From Mizuhopecten yessoensis (lineage: Eukaryota), in contig NW_018408800.1 in the NCBI RefSeq assembly GCF_002113885.1, positions 262,907 to 326,906 on the forward strand: DNA of 64,000 nt, read 5' to 3'. The position numbers were made by a program, and so were the translations under genes. This document shows, in pieces, positions 25,501 to 40,500 of this stretch (position 1 is the stretch's first letter; every line of letters starts with the position of its first letter). Under the pieces are notes generated by a model. The model saw only the letters and a list, made by a program, of their open reading frames with translations, searched no databases and had not been told where the DNA came from.

Positions 25501-28500
25501 CATATTAAATAAGTTGTTCAAATTTAAGGCAATTATACTAAATATATAATTGTGGTAGAAATTAAGTGATTAATATAAAGGTCGAATGAGGGTATTGATA
25601 AACGGAAAAAGGACGTAAATCCCTAATTGAAAATCCAATGTAGGGAGACAGTATCACATTTTTTGTATTTTCTGATGTTTAATCTTAAATATCAAATATA
25701 ATGAATATTGTGTGTTAATTATTGATAGAACAGTGTGCTCTTTCAATATTAAAGTATTTCAAAGCAATCCATGTATTAATACAGTTGTTTTTCATCAATG
25801 AGTCACATGTGTCCATTTTTCTGTATTTCAGGAAACCGGCTACCTATTTCACTACTATGAAGTTTTTCAAGAAAGATAACTCTTACATGCAATTACTATG
25901 AGTATATGGTTTTATTATAAAATGTAAATTTTTATCGTTTATAGAAAATTTATTTTACACAATTTCAGCATTTATTAAATTGATATACATTAATGCAATA
26001 CTTATCTATGGCAGTATCATTTTTATTGACATTATTTTGCAAAAAATTGTCTTTTTTTTCAACATTCACTCCTTTTTACATAAATTTCGATTTAAAATCC
26101 TAAAAATTCTGATAACCTATACTTTTTTTCTCTACTGAGAAATGGTGACACAATCCTATTACCTTAACAGAATATCATCACGATGTTTAACAAGCTGTAT
26201 TAGGATTTTTATCCGCACATGCAAGACGTGTGTACAAAAAAGTGAGTTAGGATTTACCTTACCTTCAACATGTCCTAACAACATACCACGTTATCAACTT
26301 CTGTCACTTTTAAATTAATTTAATGAATCGGGAAAGTAGTGTACCTGATTAAAATTGGTCTTCTTGAATTTTAGTTCTACTGCAAGCGGATTTATAATGT
26401 TAAATTTATTTAAATTTATTCCATTAGCAGTATTTATCGAACGTTAATAATGCTGTTTCGGAGATAGTCTATACTCCTAGGTTAACAATCTAAAGGTGGC
26501 TAATTGCCCTAAATAATGTATTTCATATCTTTTATAAATCCACTTACAATCCCTTTGCAGCAACAAAAGCGTTGACTAAAGCCTGTCTCTCAGCATTGCT
26601 CATGGGACATGTTCTTTGCATCCACATCACGTACTGTTCCAAAGCATCATTGTCCAGCCTTACATAATCAGTAGTGGTCATACCACAAACCATGTTTCCA
26701 ATTGATAACAAGTCGTCTGCGGTTATGGTTCCTGTAGTTTTGCTCTGTGTACAAAATTGTTATATTAATCATATAATTTGACTGTTACAACCAAAAACAT
26801 CGATCGATACAATGTACACCGGTCATTACAAGCTAATGTATTGAAAATTTGACTCAACTTCATTGAACACGCATACAAAATTCAAACCTGTTGCCTCCAC
26901 AACATTCATATTTACACCCCAATGTAGCCTCACAAAGTTCGTAACCTTACCTACAATATTAAATTACAATATTAAACTTACAAGACAGGTAATACTGTAG
27001 AGGTATTTCGCCTGAAGTTCTGTCTTTGAAAGAAGGTTGATATCAGCAAGCCCCAATTGCTCAACAATTGTCAAGCACATGGCAGAGCCGTACTTGTTCA
27101 GATCATCCTGTCTATAAAATACAAATACACATTCCTTTTTAATATTTGTATTAAATATTACGTGATCAGCAAAATTAATGGTTTTCCCCTATTATAAGTC
27201 GTATATATCTCAATAGCTAGTTAAGGAGAAATAATGCTTCGCATGACCTTAGATAAGTTCTGTACAGTTATAAAACAGATTGTTATGTTGTTATGTCAGT
27301 CAGCTAATTTATTAAGAATTCAGTTTTAAAACCTTATTACAGACTGAGCTCAATTAGTTCTGTATCATTTTAATAAATAAAATTCAAGTTTACTTTATCA
27401 AAATTATATATCTCAATACCGATGTTTAATTCGAGTTTTTTAAGTTAAATATGCTTTCACCATTCGTTTAAAGTTTACAGGGACCATACCGTACTTGCTT
27501 AACTTTAATTTATTTATAACGTACTTAATGTTGTGATTTTATCCCAGTCTCTCCTGCTTTTCATACCCCATCCACCCACTCCTAACCCCTCCATTTACAC
27601 CTCCATTCGGCACATTTAGTACAAAAAAGACCCCCAAAAGAAGGAACTAAAATAATATATCATCAATATCAATTTTAAACCAGCTGAGTGTGTAGCTTAT
27701 CTTACGTAAATTTGGCCATGATTTTAGGAGACATGTTTGCTAAGGTCGATGTGGTGGTTATTGCTTGAAGGTCCGCAGCCGACGTAGAATCAAAAGAAAG
27801 ATACTCTTTGATGAGGTTGTGTAGAAAAGAAATCTGAAAGAACGGAAAGTGAGGACGTATAATTTAAAACAAAATTGTAAGGTTAAACATTTATCAGGTT
27901 GTTTAAGGTAACGGTGTTTACAGAGAATCACATGTGCATGTTTTAATTCCGTAAATATAAACTTTATTATGTTCCGTTCATTTCACATTGTTTTGCAAAG
28001 CCATGGTTTGTAGATTTTTTTTAAAACAACACACAAACAAACAAAAACGAGATAATTTAAAAATAAATATTTGAACTGACCATATCGATGGTGACACATG
28101 AACTTTCGGTCAATTTGTTAAGGATATCAAAATAGAAACTGTCCTTTTCAATGCCATTTATCTGTTCATTTGTGAGTGCACATGTGTATGGGAGGATGTT
28201 GTTGATCCTCTGCAACGTTAACGTCACCGACAGTTTATCCATCTCCTCTTTCAGGAACCTAGCCTGCATTATATAAGAAGATACACATATCTAACAAAAA
28301 GAAAACAGATAAATTAAAGATCTGTAAAAGGTAGACATTTCATGATCTGCGGTCATTTGTAGTTCTAGCAGTTCTAGAAAAGATATTTTTCTTTTGTTTA
28401 TACTAGTTAAACTCTCAGTTACGGCCCCCAGGTCTATGATTTTGATGGTCTTTTCTGTCATGGTGTCACATCGTTTAAGTAATAGCTTTCCTGATATTAT

Positions 28501-31500
28501 ATGAATATTCAATATACTTTGATGCCTGAACTCCCGTCATAAAACCCTTTACATGACTCCTTATGTAAGAAAATGATTCCCGATCTTCTGAGATTAGGAA
28601 CTGAAGATCAACCTCATCATGTAAGAAACATATTTAGTTACTCCTGATGTGTGACTTCATTACCTAGCTTCTAATATTGAAAGTCTATTTCCTAGCTCCT
28701 CTTGTGTGACTACATTACCTAGCTTCTAATATTGAAAGTCTATTTCCTAGCTCCTGATGTGTGACTTCATTACCTAGCTTCTAATATTGAAAGTCTATTT
28801 CCTAGCTCCTGATGTGTGACTTCATTACCTAGCTTCTAATATTGAAAGTCTATTTCCTAGCTCCTGATGTGTGACTTCATTACCTAGCTTCTAATATTGA
28901 AAGTCTATTTCCTAGCTCCTGATGTGTGACTTCATTACCTAGCTTCTAATATTGAAAGTCTATTTCCTAGCTCCTGATGTGTGACTTCATTACCTAGCTT
29001 CTAATATTGAAAGTGTAAATCCTAGCTTCTGTTGCTATAAACTGATTCACGATCGCCTGAGTTAAGAAACCAGTTCCCTTACTCCTTATAATGGAAAACA
29101 AGTTTCCTATTCTTGTATTTAAAAATCGAAATTGAGTTAAAGTTGTAGTGGCCAGCTTAGTGTAACGTAAGACATCGTTGATAAACTGGATTGATGTTAT
29201 GTTGTCTAGCTTGGTGACGTTCGGACAACTGTAAGTAAACGAGAGGTGTTGATGCATGGGTATGGAGTATGGTCTCTGACTTGGCAAGTAAGCTTGAGTC
29301 GATGTTGCACTGCCTGGCTGGGTGTTGTTTGTGCACTGGACCTGATGTTTTGTTGCTTGGTTGAATGAGGTTTATGACATTTTGATAAATTAGTGATGAT
29401 GTAATACTACCTGTCTAAGTATGGTTTGTGACTTGGTAAATTAACTTAAGTTTAAGTTATACTGTCTGGCTGAGTGTTGTTTCTGAAATGGCATGTAAAC
29501 ATTTAAAGTCTATATTTGGTTCTTAATTTCATTATTTCACAATCATTGTATAAATGATGCGGACAGAATAATAGGATACACGCACCTGTTTTATTGTAAC
29601 TACAATATCGATTTTTGTGTTTTCTCCGGCAATATCAGTCATTGAAGATATCCCGTCAAGAAGTAAACTGATAGGTACTTCTCTAGCCAGGCTTGGTGAT
29701 TCAAGTACTGCCGTAAGACCAGCTCCTTCCACCATCTTCAAAATAACACATCAATATAACGACGTAACAAACAACAAAGGTAACTTCGACGATGATGAAT
29801 TACATTTCATAATTTCAATATCTATTTTATATTACATTAGACAATAATATAAAAGTATTGTTTTTATATTGTGTTTTTGTGATACCAAAGTTCTAGAACG
29901 TAGGGGTAAGTAACTTGACAAAAGAGACTAAAATTGTCGAACCCTGCGTTATCGCCCTTTAACATTAAAAAATCTTGATTAGAATTTAAAATTACGTTCA
30001 ACTATATTTTGATACATAATAACACCTTACAAAAATCTCATTATTGAAACGTCGGGGAACACTATACCTTTTCGAATAATTTACTTTTTACAGCTGCAGA
30101 CATGTCTAATTCATCGCTGGCCTTTTCTATGTCTGCGATAATATCTTTGGTAAAGGATGCAGCGGGTACTTTTGATATCCCATCAACCTCTAGACTATCA
30201 AGTACGACATTTACTCCTAAGGTTTTTATGTCGTTGCTGGACAAAGCTCCCTGCGGTAGAAAAAAATACAGCATTTCATCTTATTTAACTTTTTCGTCTT
30301 GTATTGAAGAGGTGGAAATGACATAAGGGTGATAACATATGACCTATGATAGACACTATCGGCAAAATATACATATGTAGTCAGTGTCGAATGCAATAGG
30401 CTCAGAACACATGTTTCCAGTGTCGGACGCTATCAACTCAGAACACATGTTTCCAGTGTCGGACGCTATCATCTAAGAACACATGTTTCCAGTGTCGGAA
30501 GCTATCGACTCAGAACATATGTTTCCAGTGTCGGACGCTATCGACTCAGAACACATGTTTTCAGTGTCGGACGCTATCAACTCAGAACACATGTTTTCAG
30601 TTTCGGACGCTATCGACTCAGAACACATATTTCCAGTGTCGTACGCTATCGGCTCAGAACACATGTTTCTAGTGTCAGACGCTATCGACTCAGACCAAAT
30701 GTTTCCAGTGTCGGACGCTATCAACCCAGAACACATGTTTTCAGTGTCGGACGCTATCGACTCAGAACACATATTTCCAGTGTCGGACGCTATTAACTCA
30801 GAACAAATGTTTCCAGTGTCGGACGCTATCAACTAAGAACACATGTTTCCAGTGTCGGAAGCTATCGACTCAGAACATATGTTTCCAGTGTCGGACGCTA
30901 TCAGCTCAGAACACATGTTTCCAGTGTCGGACGCTATTGACTCAGAACCCATGTTTCCAGTGTCGGACGCTATCGGCTCAGAACGCATGTTTCCAGTGTC
31001 GGACGCTATCAACTCATAACACATGTTTCCAGTGTCGGACGCTATCGACTCAGAACACATGTTTTCAGTGTCGGACGCTATCAACTCAGAACATATGTTT
31101 CCAGTGTCGGACGCTATCGACTCAGACCAAATGTTTCCAGTGTCGGACGCTTTCAACTCAGAACCCATATTTTCAGTGTCGAACGCTATCAACTCAGAAC
31201 ACATGTTTCCAGTGGCGGACGCTATCAACTCAGAACACATGTTTCCGGTGTCGGACGCTATCAACTCAGAACACATGCTTCCAGTGTCGGACGCTATCGG
31301 CTCAGAACACATGTTTCTAGTGTCGGACGCTATCGACTCAGACCAAATGTTTCCAGTGTCGGACGCTTTCAACTCAGAACACATATTTTCAGTGTCGAAC
31401 GCTATCAACTCAGAACACATGTTTCCAGTGTCGGACGCTATCAACTCAGAACATATGTTTACATTGTCGGACGCTATATACTCAAAACACAAATATCCAG

Positions 31501-34500
31501 TGTCGGACGCCATCAACTCAGAACATATGTTTCCAGTGTCGGGCGCTATCAAATCAAAACACATGTTTCCAGTATCGGACGCTATCAACCCAGAACACAT
31601 GTTTTCAGTGTCGGGCGCTATCAAATCAAAACACATGTTTCCAGTATCGGACGCTATCAACCCAGAACATATGTTTTCAGTGTCGGGCGCTATCAACTCA
31701 TAACACATGTTTCCAGTATCGGACGCTATCAACCCAGAACACATGTTTCCAACGTCGGACGCTATCAACCCAGAACACATGTTTCCAGTGTCGGACGCTA
31801 TCAACTCAGAACATATGTTTTCATTGTCGGACGCTATCGACTCAAAACACATATTTCCAGTGTCGGACGCTATCAACTCATAACACATGTTTCCAGTGTC
31901 GGACGCTATCGACTCAAAACACATATTTCCAGTGTCAGATGCTATCAACTCAGAAAACATATTTCCAGTGCCGGACGCTATCAACTCAGAACACATGTTT
32001 CCAGTGTCGGACGCTATCGCACAGTTCACATATGTAGCCAGTGCCGAACGCCATCGTACAGAACACATATGTAGCCGTGCCGGACGCCATCGTACAGAAC
32101 ACATATGTAGCCGTGCCGGACACTCTCGTACAGAACACATATGTAGCCAGTGCTTGACGCTCTCGCACAGAACACATATGTAGCCTGTGCCGGACACTAT
32201 CGTACAGAACACATGTGGCCGGACGCTATCGGCTCACAACATTTCACTAACTTCAGAAACATTTCGAATACGAAGCTTTATTTATACATTGTCTGATCAT
32301 TAGATAGTGTCTAAAGTTTCTTAACTTAGTAAAACATAGTAGATAACAAACTAATTTATTGTACGTATCAATATCCACTTAAAGTAAACATTATTTTAAG
32401 GAAAAACAAAACTTACATTGGAACCACTGCTATCGATTAACGCCTTCATCATCTTGCTGGCCTATCACAAATGAAAACAAATCATAGTATATTCGATTGC
32501 TATTTCACAACATGTGCTTGTAGAGTTTATCTTTGAAAACTATGTTCTGCATACCAAAATTGCTGAAAAAGTATTTAAGTTTTGAGCAATGGAGATCTGC
32601 TGTTGCAGCTAATTCTTTTTTTATTAATCAAAATAATTCAATTTGCAATGTATGTAAAATTAAATCTTTCAATAGAAACAATTCAATGATATTTATTACT
32701 CCTATTTCAAGCAGTTTTACTTTAAATATGTTTTAGGAATTTCTCTTACGGTTTTCCGAGAAGTTTTTCCAAAGCTGGCGACGTTGCTCATACCCGATAG
32801 TAACACTGAATCCTGGATCGATTCGAACTCAGCATCAGAGAGGTATCCCATCACTGGCGCGAAAACCGCCATTTTTGCGGCATCAAATGAAGAAGGATTG
32901 AAGTAGCTAGGTAAGTTCGTTCTGAACACATTCAGAATCTTTCTCATCTGTTGATTGAAAATGATATCATCACAAAGTGACTCGGTTAGATTTTAAGATA
33001 TTGTGTTTACAGCACTTTATTTTAGTTAGTAATGTGGTGAAGATGTTGTATTTATACAACTGATTTTAGGTCAGTTGTTTTTGTTATTTATCCTATAATG
33101 TATTTTTTTGTCCATAACATTAAAGCTGTTGTTCTGTTAATATCGTCGTACTTTTGCAATTGCTGTAGTATCTTGCACTGTAGTGTTGTATTATTTTAAA
33201 TCTTAAAATATCCTTTACCGTTGTATTTTGGTAAGATATATTGCCACATTACAACGATTAATGCCGTTGCATTATATATCACAACAACGATCAATCTACT
33301 TTTTGCTGGTTATAGTACAATGTATTTTCGCTAATTCGCGGGCATAGACGTAATCTCAAAAGAAGAAATGATCAAGGTAATAATTTGACACCTGTAAATG
33401 AATTAAAAAAAGGTTTATACTATTTGTCGACGTGTTAACTGATATAGTGTAGCTATGAAGTACTTATTACAGCCGTAAACATGTAATTTTCTTTAAAAGA
33501 GCGTGAGGAGGATCTGTTTATATCTGATTTGGGTTATTATAGTGGAATATCATATTTTGAAAACATATCCAGGATTGTTTTCACAGAATTGATACAGAAA
33601 TACGGTTATCCTGTGTGTCATTCATACGGGCGACACGAGAGACGCAGTTTCGACAACTATATATATCATTGTATCGGATTAGCGACCAATATAAGATTTT
33701 TAGCAGTCGTGTCTCAAACACTTTGAGTATACGTATTTATTAGATTTTACTAGTACAATATCAGGAATGATTAGTTTGATGAAAAAATAATATCTTCATT
33801 TCAGTTAAGAAATACGAAATAAATATATTTTTAGCTGATGATATATATATGATATATGTCGCCAAAGTTTCCGGTACTTAATTCTGCACTCAGTATATGC
33901 TGTGATATTTTGCCATAATATTTCGTTGCTCTCTTTAAAATGTAACAATATAGGAAATGCATCGTTTTTCCCGTTGGATACCATTTATATTCCATTGATA
34001 TGGTAGAAAACACTGATTTTTTCACTCACGCTCACCACTAGGAAAAAATATCAGTAACCCGTATACATGTGAAAATTTAGTATGCTATTCAATGGAAAAC
34101 CATTACTGTATATAAAAAGATGTTAACATTACCTGATACGGATCGATTTCTAGTAGAAATATCGCAGGAGCAGCCGTTTCTAACGCAGCAACATTTAACA
34201 GCAACATGTCGCTTTCTGTTAGCCCCGAAATCAGTCTAAAGGAGTGAAAAAGACCCACAGTGTATGGTTAACAAATTAAAACACGGAACTTGGAGCTGGG
34301 AGTTATTGCTCAAGACAAAAATATATAAAGAAGGCAGTGTATATATCTCCTTTTAAATCCATAAAAATTGTCTACATTAAGGTTAGTAAGCATATTAAAT
34401 AAATCCCTTTAAATTACTCAGAAAATATTCTACAATAAGGTTAATAAACATATTGAAAAAACAAATTCAGGATTCCAATAACCTGATATGACTATGTTAT

Positions 34501-37500
34501 ATAAAATGTTCTCAACAAAGCGATTTTGTAAATAATGTATGACTAAAGACATGATATTACATATACTATCTATGGATGTTTTTTGTAATTGAGGATAAGT
34601 TGAAACTACACATTTATTCAAGCACAGTGAAAAAGGTCGACGTTTGTCTGAGAGAATCTGCCAATCATAAAGCGATATTCCTGAACCAGGTGTACATGTA
34701 GGCCTACAATATAACCACTATGATAACCGGGAATGTCAACCCAAAGTTTTTTTCAAATGCATGTTTAATGACGGAATAGCAGTTTCTTTATCCGCACAGA
34801 TTGGTTTAAGGTTTTTATCAGTTTTTCTTGATATGAAGTGAATTTTACTGAACAACACCTGGAGTTCGATAGTCAAAGTATTTCCATTGTAATGGATTGA
34901 AAAAATACCAGTGCTATGATATTTCAATGCGTGGATAAAGGACGGACACTTTCAAGTCCTAAATGATATGGTTTACTACAATGTAGTACCTTGACGTAAA
35001 GAGTTCCTCAGCAGGTAGAAACATAATAAACCTTAGTTAATTAAATAATCTGACGGATGGAAGTTTGTTCGACTGAAGTTTCATCTAGACAACGTGCTCA
35101 TGATAAGTGTAGAATCCCTGTTCTCGCTTTTTGGATTATATTTCATGAATGACATTTATAGGAATTTCGTGACTTCTTGAATACTGGAATTGTATCGTGT
35201 ATTAAATAACTAGAAAATTCTTTTCAGACCATGGCTATGCATTTAACTATAGAAAACTTTAAAAGATTTTTTCGATGTGGAAATATTCGATTTTTTCGCG
35301 TTGATTACATTTGCGAAAATGAAAAGAGGCAAATATCAACTAATAGACTGTAAAATATTTTAAACCATTGCCATTGCAAAATGTCCAGCGATTTGTGTTA
35401 TAACGGGAACATTTCCACACGAGAAAGTTTCTTTCCCAGTTTACAAACCTGACAAGTTCTATGTGATAAGATAAATGTTATATATAATCTAATCAATCTC
35501 TATATAACAAGCTACAATAATTAGAAATATTAGCAATCTCTATATAATGGCCAAGCGAAAAAGGGTACTTACCCGATGATTTGCGAACTAGACAGTGCTG
35601 ACATGTCAATATCATCTTTGTTTTCTTCCAGAAATTTTACTTGATACTCTTTGGTCACTTTCGCCATATCAAGCTGTGACAAACTCTTTTAGGAAAAAGA
35701 TGAAAAACAAAAATGAATAGAAAGTCAGGTAACTCAGGAAACATTAAATATTCTTATTAGTCTGCGAAAAGGAGCAATATTAATCAAAATATGAATAAAT
35801 GAGATGAACTAATAAAATGAATCATAATGTTTCTGGAAAGGTAAACGATGCATTGATATATCTAGAATATTCAATTTCAAAATATATAAATTGTTCTATT
35901 TGTTATGGCTTATAATTGTTGTTACATTTTACTTTCTAAATGATGCTGCCATTTGAAAGAATTGTTTATTGATCTAGCCTATTATGGGTCATCTTATCTC
36001 CCAAAACCCTATAAGTTATTCCCCCAGACTCATTCGATAATTCTGCTAGGAGGTGGTACACTATTTTGATTACCCACTAGTGGGTAAAACCATGGACGTT
36101 ATTGCATTCGTCAGTCGTCTAATTATGACGTCATGTAGCAACGCTTTGCGACTTCACCTTCTGTTGTAACGTCATAGTTCATGGTCATTGTTTTACCGAT
36201 CGGAAACGGGCATAATTTATCCTAAAGAAACCTTATGGTTTTTGTTTTCTATATATCATTTCTAAACGTTGTAAAAGAAAAAGAGTTCCCTAACTCGAGA
36301 TGATTGATTATCATGTTTATCTAACTCTCGATGTTCATTTTCAAAATGTAAAAGTCACTCGGTAAACCTGGTGCCTTTATACAATTTAAGAATTAAATTA
36401 CGAGAGTTAACATGAAAACCAACCATCACTCCTTGGTGAAACTCTATGTATCACAAACAAATCATGAATATTATTGTAACATCGAGACATTGAAGCCCAT
36501 TGACAAGTAAATAAGTGAATAAATAAAAATTGTCTCTTAAATGCTGAGATTGTGAACGACATCCAAATGATTGTCAATTTTTTTAATATCATTTCGTTTC
36601 AATCGACAAGTTTATTAAATCAAATTATTGATAATAATATTGAGTTTTGATATGTCAAGTCAATATTTCCTCAATTACGACTGTTAACACAAAACTGGTC
36701 CAAACACCCCATTTCTTCATTACCGTTGACATTAATGTCAATAGTAATTTCATATTAAAATTGTTAAAGTTGGTTAAATTTTGTTTACAATCTCACAAAT
36801 CGACTTTAAGCGAAATAAGTAAGTCTGTCGATCATACATACTGCCGCTACTCCTAGGACGTCACTGAATAGCTTTGGTTCAGCACCGAATTCTTTCATCA
36901 GATCCACCCAGTCTCTCTGTGTGGCCGACGTTACATTCAGCATTTGACTCAACATATACTCCTTTAAACGTTTCTTGATGGCAAAAATTGCACCTTTCTG
37001 AAGTTCTTTGGCGATTGCTTTGATATTTACCATGCTAGAAACAAAACGGCCAAGCTGATAGTGGCATAGAACAAGACTATTTAGCTTAACCTCAACATAT
37101 ATGAAAACTGCAAAAAGAGGCTGAACTAATAATATCACAAAAGTTGTGATTATTGATAGATTACCTGATTAAGAGAAAGAAAGAACTCATCAGTATGCAT
37201 GTGTATTCGCCATAGGTATTACAAGAATTATTTTAAAATTAATACTTTTAGCTTGGGAAACCACTGCTTATTGTCTAAACTATTAATAATCGTTCATACC
37301 TTATTGTATTTGTTCTCAAAGATACCGTAGCCCTAATGTCATAAGACATCAAAAACAAGGTTATCCCAGGTTTATACTGTATACACGGTAAGTGATACTG
37401 TATAGTTTTGTTAAAGTTACCTGTTGTTCATTTGCAAAGGTCCTTGTTGCTCTGAATTCACGTTTTTACATTACAGAGTAAATAGCACAAAATAACAAGC

Positions 37501-40500
37501 GTCAGCATGTGTAGAATAAAAAGTCAGAGTGTTTCTAAATACAAGCTTCCAAAATAAAAATAAATGCCTGTTTAATTATTAAAATGACATTAAATCATGC
37601 TTTTTTTTTAATTCAGTTCAAACTTACGTTTCTACCATCACAGTAATAGGCATACTCATGTATTGCGCCTTATTTAACACCTCTGGGAACTGTTGTGCTG
37701 CCGTAATCCACTCATCTTCGGACCAGGTATCGTACGAATCCGTATCGACAATTTTTTTCTTCTCGTCAGTTGTCAAAGTCACTCCGTTACTCTGTCAATG
37801 CAACACTTTGTTTATACAAATCATGAAAATAATTCTTCTGGGTCTCACGGATATAAAGTTGCCGTATCAACACAACATATTGACTGGAGGAAAAGTTCTA
37901 AAATCATTTAATACACAAGAAAGTGGCAGTATGTTATCAACACTCTATATATTTCTAACGAATACTTACAAGTACTTACCTCAAGAATATTCACGCAACT
38001 CAATAAGTCTTTGATGACGATTTTGGTCAAGCAATCCTTAGATTTCCATCCGTTACAAACAACCCCCTTCTGTGCTAATGTCATACCGCTGAACACGCGT
38101 GTTTGAACTTCAGACTGTCCAAAATAATAGTAAAAATTGGATACTACTTTTCTTGTGCTTTTTGTATAGAAAATATGTTAATGCCATAAGAGCAGAATGC
38201 TCAGTTATCAATAAAGCATAAAGATCTATTATTGAAAATGTTATATGTTTCTTCAATAAAATAATTAATACTAGTTCGTGTAACAAACAAATTAAAGATA
38301 TTGATTTTTTTTAAAGAACCTGCTATGAAGGCTTTAAGTTCATAAAATTACCAAAATTCGTACCTTTTAAAACGGGAAAATCCACTTTCATGCCACGCAT
38401 GTGACACTTCATTTACAGTCTAACATTTTTTAATCGAATGTTCCGGTTTTAAACACATTCATGATAAGATAAATAAATAAATCACCATGGCCCTAAATGA
38501 CCACAGCCGCCAAACAAACAAACTAAAAAATGCTTGGTCACATGAAAGTATATTGCGGGATGCATTTAATCTTTTGGTGATATGCTGGTGATAGAATTAA
38601 CTATTATCTGTTGAATTGGTGAATTATAAACTGAAAGCATATATCCCTAACGGAGTATTACTAATTACTGTAACACAATGAGGTTTTCAAACCAAGCCAA
38701 TGATATAACATGATGTCGTACCTATCAGAAACCTACGAGAAAAGTACTTTAATTGAGTTGAGCTTTATGAGATATCTAATAACTATAATATCATTCACAA
38801 GTATTTATATAAAGCAAAGAAACGTATCACATCGTTTATACTAAAGAAGTAATCTGAACTTCGATACATGGAAATAACAATTGAAGTGAAATGTCACCAA
38901 AACAAAAGGCGAAACCAAATGTTCCAGCAGGGTAAGCGTTTCCTGTACCATGTAGTAGCCGTCCTGATATATTCCATAAAACCCAAGAAAGTATACAAGT
39001 CACCAACAACATATGACAGAGTGAACAAATCTTTAATATTTTGTAAACAACGACGTGCTAGAGGTTGCATTCAGAAAATGATGACCACTATAGAAAAGAT
39101 AAACATGTATTTAAAAGGGATTAACTTCCTCGCAATAGCTTAGACTTGCGCCTAGGAGGACAGCACCAAAAGGAAAGAACAGACAGAAAGAAAGACAGAG
39201 GGTGTTACAACGGGGTCACTAGATTTACCTGGTAATGGATCGATAACGAGGTCAGCCTTATTTTCATATGTATTATACATATATCTTAGGTGCAAAGCAT
39301 AACAAGTTCTATGATTACAGTTAGGTCATAGAGTAAGGATGCATTTTACAAATGTATTAAATGAAGAAACAGGACAAGACTATATAAAACCAATGCTGTA
39401 TCGGCAAAAACATCCAAGTAGTCAATATTGTGGTAAAAAAATGCTTTTCATACGAAAATTAATAGGTTTTGTTGTTAGCTACACAGGTAAGGTTTGTTTC
39501 TGTTTACAGACTAAAATGACGCAAAATATGATTTTGATAGTTTTTGATATCGGTCTAAGGATTGAAAATATCAATAAAAAGAATAATTTTTCTCTTAATA
39601 CAAAATTTCTCCCTTTTGTTACTACACCAATTTCACAAAAAAAGAAAGGAAACTAACATTGTATATACCCTGTCATAATCCTGTGATAACCCAACCTTAT
39701 ATACAATTAACTTTGTGTTTCTATCTTTGACTAGAATTACTTAAGTATTATACTACTAACCTTTAACATTGAAAATATTTCACCTGGAAACTGTTCAATT
39801 TGAGCGGCTGTAACGATAGAGGGATCGGCCAGGAAGTTTGCCAAATTCGTCTTGACAGCTGTGGTAAGTACAGCGAAGGCTCCGAAGAACGACTTAAATC
39901 CATCACATGTAGCTATCTGGATGTCAATTTTGAACGCTGAAACACATTTCAAAAGATTATTGTTTACCATTGTATGTTACGTACCAAGTTGGGCAGAAGA
40001 AGTGATTTGGGCAAGCATTTTTTAATCTTTAAAAAGTAAAAATGTTGTTGCTCAGGGAATATTTTAATGAAATTCATAAATGTCGTCTATATCTGGATGG
40101 TATTTTTGTTGTTGTTTTCATAAGATCCTGAGGCGGACAACAAGCAATACAGTCATCTATCTTTGATATTGAGTACATCACTACTAAGATGTTTTAATAT
40201 AACTTTTAGAATCAACAAATGCTATCTGTGCAATACAATCATAATCATATTATCTTTGTTAAAAGATTTCCTGATTAAACAGTTGTTTTCCAGATTATAT
40301 TTAATGATATATGTTTGTGCCTTGTTTGTAGTAATGTCAAGGGCGTCATAAACTCAACTTAAAATTTCTACTTTACTTGACTCTTAAATTGGGAAGTATG
40401 GCTTGCTATAGAGACGTTACTTCCCTTTACCAAAACTGGATATTGTAAACAAAACAGTAATACGACCTCCATTGATAAACCTGCGACAAATTATGATCAC

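Noticed and set aside
28641-29025. CRISPR-like appearance of regular repeats (also 30.4-32.2 kb and 54.9-55.5 kb)
   Set aside because: Head-to-tail units with no unique spacers, no cas genes, eukaryotic context.
30473-32212. Long repetitive ORFs on both strands as protein-coding genes
   Set aside because: They arise from a 36-bp minisatellite inside an intron whose flanking exons join in frame exactly as in gene A.
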